Part shown: piece by piece, positions 59,136 to 64,000 of the stretch
How positions within the stretch are numbered: the first letter of the stretch is position 1
How the letters are laid out: each line of letters opens with the position of its first letter
Sequence record: OR906198.1
Source of the DNA: Escherichia phage BP32
Direction: 5' to 3' (one strand)
Length of the DNA stretch: 64,000 bases
Notes under the pieces: generated by a model
The model's input: the letters and a program-made list of their open reading frames with translations, nothing else
Database searches by the model: none
Told to the model about the DNA's origin: nothing
Program-made: the position numbers and the translations under genes

Positions 59136-59322
59136 CATTAACGATGAATTCATAGCAAATATTGATTACACCGAAGAAGATTCTAGATATGTTGGAATAA
59201 TTTATATCACATCAAAAGCAGCACAAGGTGTTGTTTGCATGGCTGAATTTGATGAATACTTTTTAGATTATGATGATATGATAGAATGGTCTAAAAGATA
59301 CATTAAAAGGAATCTTTTGTGA
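59107..59322 (+). CDS. hypothetical protein (46.x position)
   Basis: 71 aa from ATG 59107 behind TAAGG RBS (ORF track 59059). Confidence 0.45.
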   Translation: MHTVKFSTFDINDEFIANIDYTEEDSRYVGIIYITSKAAQGVVCMAEFDEYFLDYDDMIEWSKRYIKRNLL

Positions 59323-61001
59323 AGAATTTTAAACTAAACCGAGTTAGGTATCAAAATATAATGTCAGTAGGTGGAAATCCTATTGACATTCAATTAGATA
59401 AGGTTCAAAAAACTCTTATTACTGGACGAAATGGTGGTGGTAAGTCTACTATGTTAGAAGCCATCACATTTGGGCTTTTTGGCAAGCCATTTCGTGATGT
59501 AAAGAAAGGTCAATTAATAAACAGCACAAATAAGAAAGAGCTTTTAGTTGAACTGTGGATGGAATATGATGAGAAAAAGTACTATATCAAAAGAGGACAA
59601 AAACCAAATGTTTTCGAAATCACCGTTAACGGTACACGTCTTAATGAATCTGCCAGCAGTAAAGATTTCCAAGCAGAATTTGAACAGCTTATCGGAATGT
59701 CATACGCCAGTTTCAAACAGATCGTCGTACTCGGCACGGCTGGATATACCCCTTTTATGGGCCTATCCACTCCTGCAAGAAGAAAACTCGTCGAAGACCT
59801 GCTCGAGGTAGGAACATTAGCTGAAATGGATAAGCTTAATAAAGCACTAATACGTGAATTAAATTCACAAAACCAAGTGCTTGATGTTAAAAAAGATAGT
59901 ATTATCCAACAAATTAAAATATATAATGATAATGTTGAACGCCAGAAAAAATTGTCTGGTGACAATCTTACTCGTCTGCAGAATATGTATGATGATTTGG
60001 CAAAGGAAGCTAGAACGCTAAAATCGGAAATAGAAGAAGCTAATGAAAGATTAGTTAATATTGTTTTAGATGAAGACCCGACTGATGCATTTAATAAAAT
60101 CGGTCAAGAAGCATTTTTAATTAAATCAAAAATTGACTCGTATAATAAAGTCATTAATATGTATCACGAAGGTGGATTATGTCCAACCTGTTTGTCACAA
60201 TTAAGTTCCGGTGATAAAGTTGTTTCTAAAATTAAAGATAAAGTTTCTGAATGCACCCATTCGTTTGAACAGCTTTCAACACATCGTGATAATTTAAAAG
60301 TTCTTGTTGATGAATACCGAGATAATATTAAAACCCAGCAGACGTTGGCGAATGATATTCGCAATAAAAAGCAATCCTTAATCACGACAGTAGATAAAGC
60401 TAAAAAGGTTAAAGCGGCTATAGAAAAAGCATCATCCGAGTTTATTGACCATGCTGATGAAATAGCACTGCTTCAAGAAGAACTTGATAAAATTGTTAAG
60501 ACAAAAACTAATTTAGTAATGGAAAAATACCATAGAGGAATTTTGACTGATATGCTCAAAGATTCTGGTATTAAAGGTGCTATTATTAAAAAGTACATTC
60601 CATTATTTAATAAGCAAATTAACCATTATCTTAAAATAATGGAAGCGGATTATGTGTTTACATTAGATGAAGAATTTAATGAGACAATTAAATCCCGTGG
60701 TCGTGAAGATTTTAGTTATGCTTCATTTAGTGAAGGTGAAAAAGCACGAATTGATATTGCTCTTTTATTTACTTGGCGTGATATTGCTTCTATCGTATCT
60801 GGGGTTAGTATTAGTACATTAATTCTTGATGAAGTGTTTGACGGGTCATTTGATGCCGAAGGTATTAAAGGTGTAGCTAATATTATAAATTCAATGAAAA
60901 ATACTAATGTTTTTATAATTTCGCATAAAGACCATGACCCGCAAGAATATGGTCAACATCTTCAAATGAAGAAAGTTGGTCGATTTACTGTAATGGTTTA
61001 A
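59319..61001 (+). CDS. 46: gp46 recombination endonuclease subunit (Rad50-like)
   Basis: 560 aa; Walker A TGRNGGGKST, central coiled coil with CPTC zinc hook, C-terminal Walker B ILDEVFD. Confidence 0.9.
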   Translation: MKNFKLNRVRYQNIMSVGGNPIDIQLDKVQKTLITGRNGGGKSTMLEAITFGLFGKPFRDVKKGQLINSTNKKELLVELWMEYDEKKYYIKRGQKPNVFEITVNGTRLNESASSKDFQAEFEQLIGMSYASFKQIVVLGTAGYTPFMGLSTPARRKLVEDLLEVGTLAEMDKLNKALIRELNSQNQVLDVKKDSIIQQIKIYNDNVERQKKLSGDNLTRLQNMYDDLAKEARTLKSEIEEANERLVNIVLDEDPTDAFNKIGQEAFLIKSKIDSYNKVINMYHEGGLCPTCLSQLSSGDKVVSKIKDKVSECTHSFEQLSTHRDNLKVLVDEYRDNIKTQQTLANDIRNKKQSLITTVDKAKKVKAAIEKASSEFIDHADEIALLQEELDKIVKTKTNLVMEKYHRGILTDMLKDSGIKGAIIKKYIPLFNKQINHYLKIMEADYVFTLDEEFNETIKSRGREDFSYASFSEGEKARIDIALLFTWRDIASIVSGVSISTLILDEVFDGSFDAEGIKGVANIINSMKNTNVFIISHKDHDPQEYGQHLQMKKVGRFTVMV

Positions 61002-61012
61002 TTTATAAGAGA

Positions 61013-61039
61013 TTATGCTTTAATTTATTAGAGTATAAT
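61013..61039 (+). promoter_or_regulatory. MotA-dependent middle promoter upstream of rpbA/45
   Basis: consensus MotA box ttaTGCTTtA (61013-22), TATAAT at 61034-39 after 11 nt. Confidence 0.45.
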
Positions 61040-61056
61040 CTCTATGGAGGAAAAAC

Positions 61057-61245
61057 ATGGAATATTCAACTGGACAGCATCTATTAACTATTCCTGAAAT
61101 AAAACGATATATTCTGAGAAATAATTTTTCTAATGAAGAGCATATAGTTACTGAATCTATGCTTAAGAATGCATTTAAAGCAGAATATACGAAAATAATG
61201 TCCAACAGAAATGAAGCTTGGACTGTTACTGATTATTATGACTAA
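61057..61245 (+). CDS. hypothetical small protein (45.2 position)
   Basis: 62-aa ORF behind GGAGGAAAAA RBS. Confidence 0.55.
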   Translation: MEYSTGQHLLTIPEIKRYILRNNFSNEEHIVTESMLKNAFKAEYTKIMSNRNEAWTVTDYYD

Positions 61246-61254
61246 AGGTGTATT

Positions 61255-61644
61255 ATGACTAAAATTACTGTGAATTATACTGTTGATGTAAAAGATATTC
61301 AGCCAAAACACGTGCGTTCTGAATCAAATCCACAAAACCAAAATAAAATTCGTCGAGCATGGGTTTTGTCTCTTTCTGATAACGCGATGGAAGTTATTCA
61401 GAACAAAATTAAATCTGCACCTGCTCGTCATGCGTATTATGAAGCTATCGATCGTGAAGTGAGTGATAAATGGATTGAACTGATGCGCAAACATACGACA
61501 GAATCTCTAAACGCTGGTGCTAAATTTATTATGACTTCATGTGGTGAACGCCTTGAAGATGATTATTGCGGTAATGCAGATGAACGTCTAATTGTTGCTG
61601 CTCAAATTGTTGCGGAAACAATTGCTGCTGATTTTAATCGTTAA
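61255..61644 (+). CDS. rpbA: RNA polymerase-binding protein RpbA
   Basis: 129-aa ORF immediately upstream of gene 45, T4 length and position. Confidence 0.8.
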   Translation: MTKITVNYTVDVKDIQPKHVRSESNPQNQNKIRRAWVLSLSDNAMEVIQNKIKSAPARHAYYEAIDREVSDKWIELMRKHTTESLNAGAKFIMTSCGERLEDDYCGNADERLIVAAQIVAETIAADFNR

Positions 61645-61699
61645 TTGCTTTATTAAATTAGTTATAAAATTAAATCTCATTTGAATTGAAGGAAATTAC

Positions 61700-62386
61700 A
61701 TGAAACTGTCTAAAGATACTACTGCTCTGCTTAAAAATTTCGCTACTATTAACTCTGGTATTATGCTTAAATCCGGTCAATTTATTATGACTCGCGCGGT
61801 TAATGGTACAACTTATGCGGAAGCAAATATTTCTGACACTATTGATTTTGATGTAGCAATTTACGATTTGAACGGTTTTCTCGGTATTCTGTCTCTAGTT
61901 AATGATGATGCAGAAATTTCCCAGTCAGAAGATGGTAATATTAAAATTGCTGATGCCCGTTCAACAATTTTTTGGCCAGCAGCCGATCCGAGTACAGTAG
62001 TTGCTCCTAATAAACCAATTCCATTCCCGGTAGCATCTGTTGTTACTGAAATTAAAGCTGAAGACCTTCAACAGCTATTGCGTGTATCTCGTGGTCTGCA
62101 GATTGATACAATTGCTATCACAGTAAAAGAAGGTAAAATCGTAATTAACGGTTTTAATAAAGTAGAAGATTCTGCTTTGACTCGTGTTAAATATTCTTTG
62201 ACTCTTGGTGATTATGATGGTGAAAATACATTTAATTTCATTATCAATATGGCAAATATGAAAATGCAACCAGGAAATTATAAACTGCTGCTCTGGGCAA
62301 AAGGTAAACAAGGCGCTGCTAAATTTGAAGGTGAACATGCGAATTATGTAGTAGCTCTTGAAGCTGATTCTACCCACGACTTTTAA
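61700..62386 (+). CDS. 45: gp45 sliding clamp
   Basis: 228-aa ORF, T4 length and position. Confidence 0.9.
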   Translation: MKLSKDTTALLKNFATINSGIMLKSGQFIMTRAVNGTTYAEANISDTIDFDVAIYDLNGFLGILSLVNDDAEISQSEDGNIKIADARSTIFWPAADPSTVVAPNKPIPFPVASVVTEIKAEDLQQLLRVSRGLQIDTIAITVKEGKIVINGFNKVEDSALTRVKYSLTLGDYDGENTFNFIINMANMKMQPGNYKLLLWAKGKQGAAKFEGEHANYVVALEADSTHDF

Positions 62387-62387
62387 T

Positions 62388-62405
62388 AAAGGGCTTCGGC
62401 CCTTT
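62388..62405 (+). terminator. intrinsic terminator after gene 45
   Basis: AAAGGGC-TTCG-GCCCTTT stem-loop. Confidence 0.65.
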
Positions 62406-62437
62406 ATAATTTACACTAAAACTTGAATGAGGAAATT

Positions 62438-63397
62438 ATGATTACTGTAAATGAAAAAGAACACATTCTTGAACAGAAATATCGTCCATCTACTATCGAT
62501 GAATGTATTCTTCCCGCCTTTGATAAAGAAACCTTTAAATCTATTACAAGTAAAGGTAAGATTCCACATATTATTCTTCATTCTCCTTCTCCAGGAACAG
62601 GTAAAACAACCGTAGCAAAAGCATTGTGTCATGATGTAAATGCTGATATGATGTTTGTGAATGGCTCAGATTGTAAAATTGATTTCGTTCGCGGTCCTTT
62701 GACCAATTTTGCTAGCGCAGCTTCATTTGATGGTCGTCAAAAAGTAATCGTTATTGATGAATTTGACCGTTCAGGGTTAGCAGAGTCTCAGCGACATCTT
62801 CGTTCCTTTATGGAAGCTTATAGTTCAAACTGTAGTATTATTATTACTGCTAACAATATTGATGGTATTATTAAACCACTTCAGTCACGCTGTCGAGTTA
62901 TTACATTCGGTCAACCGACCGATGAAGATAAAATTGAAATGATGAAGCAGATGATTCGTCGATTGACTGAAATCTGTAAGCATGAAGGAATTGCTATAGC
63001 TGATATGAAAGTTGTAGCAGCTTTGGTTAAAAAGAATTTTCCTGATTTTCGTAAAACTATTGGTGAGCTCGATAGTTATTCATCTAAAGGTGTTTTGGAT
63101 GCTGGTATTTTATCACTGGTTACTAACGATCGTGGTGCTATTGATGATGTTCTTGAATCTCTCAAAAATAAAGATGTTAAACAGCTCAGAGCTTTAGCAC
63201 CAAAATATGCAGCTGATTATTCGTGGTTCGTAGGTAAACTTGCCGAAGAAATCTATACACGTGTAACTCCACAGAGTATTATTCGTATGTATGAAATTGT
63301 TGGTGAAAATAACCAGTATCATGGAATTGCGGCTAATACGGAATTACATTTAGCATATCTTTTCATTCAATTGGCATGCGAAATGCAGTGGAAGTGA
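62438..63397 (+). CDS. 44: gp44 clamp loader large subunit
   Basis: 319 aa from ATG 62438 behind GAGGAAA RBS (ORF track starts at TTG 62423); Walker [11 protein letters not shown], Walker B VIVIDEFD. Confidence 0.9.
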   Translation: MITVNEKEHILEQKYRPSTIDECILPAFDKETFKSITSKGKIPHIILHSPSPGTGKTTVAKALCHDVNADMMFVNGSDCKIDFVRGPLTNFASAASFDGRQKVIVIDEFDRSGLAESQRHLRSFMEAYSSNCSIIITANNIDGIIKPLQSRCRVITFGQPTDEDKIEMMKQMIRRLTEICKHEGIAIADMKVVAALVKKNFPDFRKTIGELDSYSSKGVLDAGILSLVTNDRGAIDDVLESLKNKDVKQLRALAPKYAADYSWFVGKLAEEIYTRVTPQSIIRMYEIVGENNQYHGIAANTELHLAYLFIQLACEMQWK

Positions 63398-63398
63398 T

Positions 63399-63962
63399 AT
63401 GAGCTTATTTGAAGATGATATTCAATTAAACGAGCATCAAGTTGCTTGGTATTCAAAAGATTGGACAGCTGTCCAATCTGCTGCTGATTCTTTTAAAGAA
63501 AAAGTTGAAAATGAATTTTTTGAAATAATTGGAGCTATCAATAATAAAATTAAATGCTCTATTGCTCAAAAAGATTATTCAAAATACATGGTTGAGAATG
63601 CATTATCACAATTTCCGGAGTGCATGCCAGCTGTATATGCTATGAATTTAATTGGATCAGGTTTAAGCGATGAAGCCCATTTTAATTATCTGATGGCTGC
63701 TGTTCCTCGGGGTAAAAGATATGGTAAATGGGCAAAACTGGTTGAAGATTCTACCGAAGTATTGATTATTAAGTTACTTGCTAAGCGGTATCAAGTTAAT
63801 ACAAATGATGCAATTAACTATAAATCAATTCTTACTAAAAATGGAAAACTTCCTTTAGTATTAAAAGAACTAAAAGGTTTAGTCACGGATGATTTTTTGA
63901 AAGAAGTGACTAAGAATGTAAAAGAACAGAAACAACTCAAAAAACTAGCATTGGAATGGTAA
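63399..63962 (+). CDS. 62: gp62 clamp loader small subunit
   Basis: 187-aa ORF after gene 44, T4 length and position. Confidence 0.9.
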   Translation: MSLFEDDIQLNEHQVAWYSKDWTAVQSAADSFKEKVENEFFEIIGAINNKIKCSIAQKDYSKYMVENALSQFPECMPAVYAMNLIGSGLSDEAHFNYLMAAVPRGKRYGKWAKLVEDSTEVLIIKLLAKRYQVNTNDAINYKSILTKNGKLPLVLKELKGLVTDDFLKEVTKNVKEQKQLKKLALEW

Positions 63963-63963
63963 A

Positions 63964-64000
63964 ATGATTGAAATTACTCTTAAAAAACCTGAAGATTTTC
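63964..64000 (+). CDS. regA: translational repressor RegA, N-terminal fragment (runs off window end)
   Basis: ATG 63964, MIEITLKKPEDF..., overlaps gene 62 stop; truncated by window. Confidence 0.8.
   Translation, partial: MIEITLKKPEDF

Noticed and set aside
59582-59965. 127-aa minus-strand ORF inside gene 46 (and similar antisense ORFs inside genes 45 and 55)
   Set aside because: Entirely antisense to well-supported conserved genes; typical spurious ORFs in an AT-rich genome

Overview
This window is a 64-kb segment of a T4-like (Tequatrovirus-type) myovirus genome, collinear with phage T4 from gene 15 to regA but in reverse-complement orientation. Positions 1-17582 (minus strand) encode the late neck, fibritin and baseplate module: 15 (partial), 14, 13, wac, 12, 11, 10, 9, 8, 7, 6, 5.4, 5.1, 5, 53. 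Positions 17630-64000 (plus strand) encode 4, 2, 3, 1, 57A, 57B, an ipI-type cassette, an HNH endonuclease, eight tRNA genes split by the GIY-YIG endonuclease segB, the e/nudE/denV/regB/tk/rI early region, a roughly 10-kb island of unfamiliar early genes, then nrdC, 49, nrdD (no intron), nrdG, nrdH, 55, agt, 47, 46, rpbA, 45, 44, 62 and the start of regA. Gene calls rest on ORF length, gene order and motifs read directly from the translations; no database search was possible. T4-type early promoters (GTTTAC, 17 bp, TAnnAT), late promoters (TATAAATA), MotA-box middle promoters and UUCG-tetraloop terminators are visible throughout. The most interesting candidates are in the rI-nrdC island (36.9-47.5 kb): a nucleotidyltransferase-fold protein next to a P-loop ATPase, four tandem paralogous coiled-coil proteins, and a paralog pair with a membrane protein. 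None is demonstrated to be a new system; all need profile or structure searches. Other points worth a look are two internal-protein-like ORFs with capsid-targeting leaders, a tRNA set that differs from canonical T4 (Tyr present, Gln absent), a structured non-coding stretch, and repeated promoter and gene-junction cassettes.
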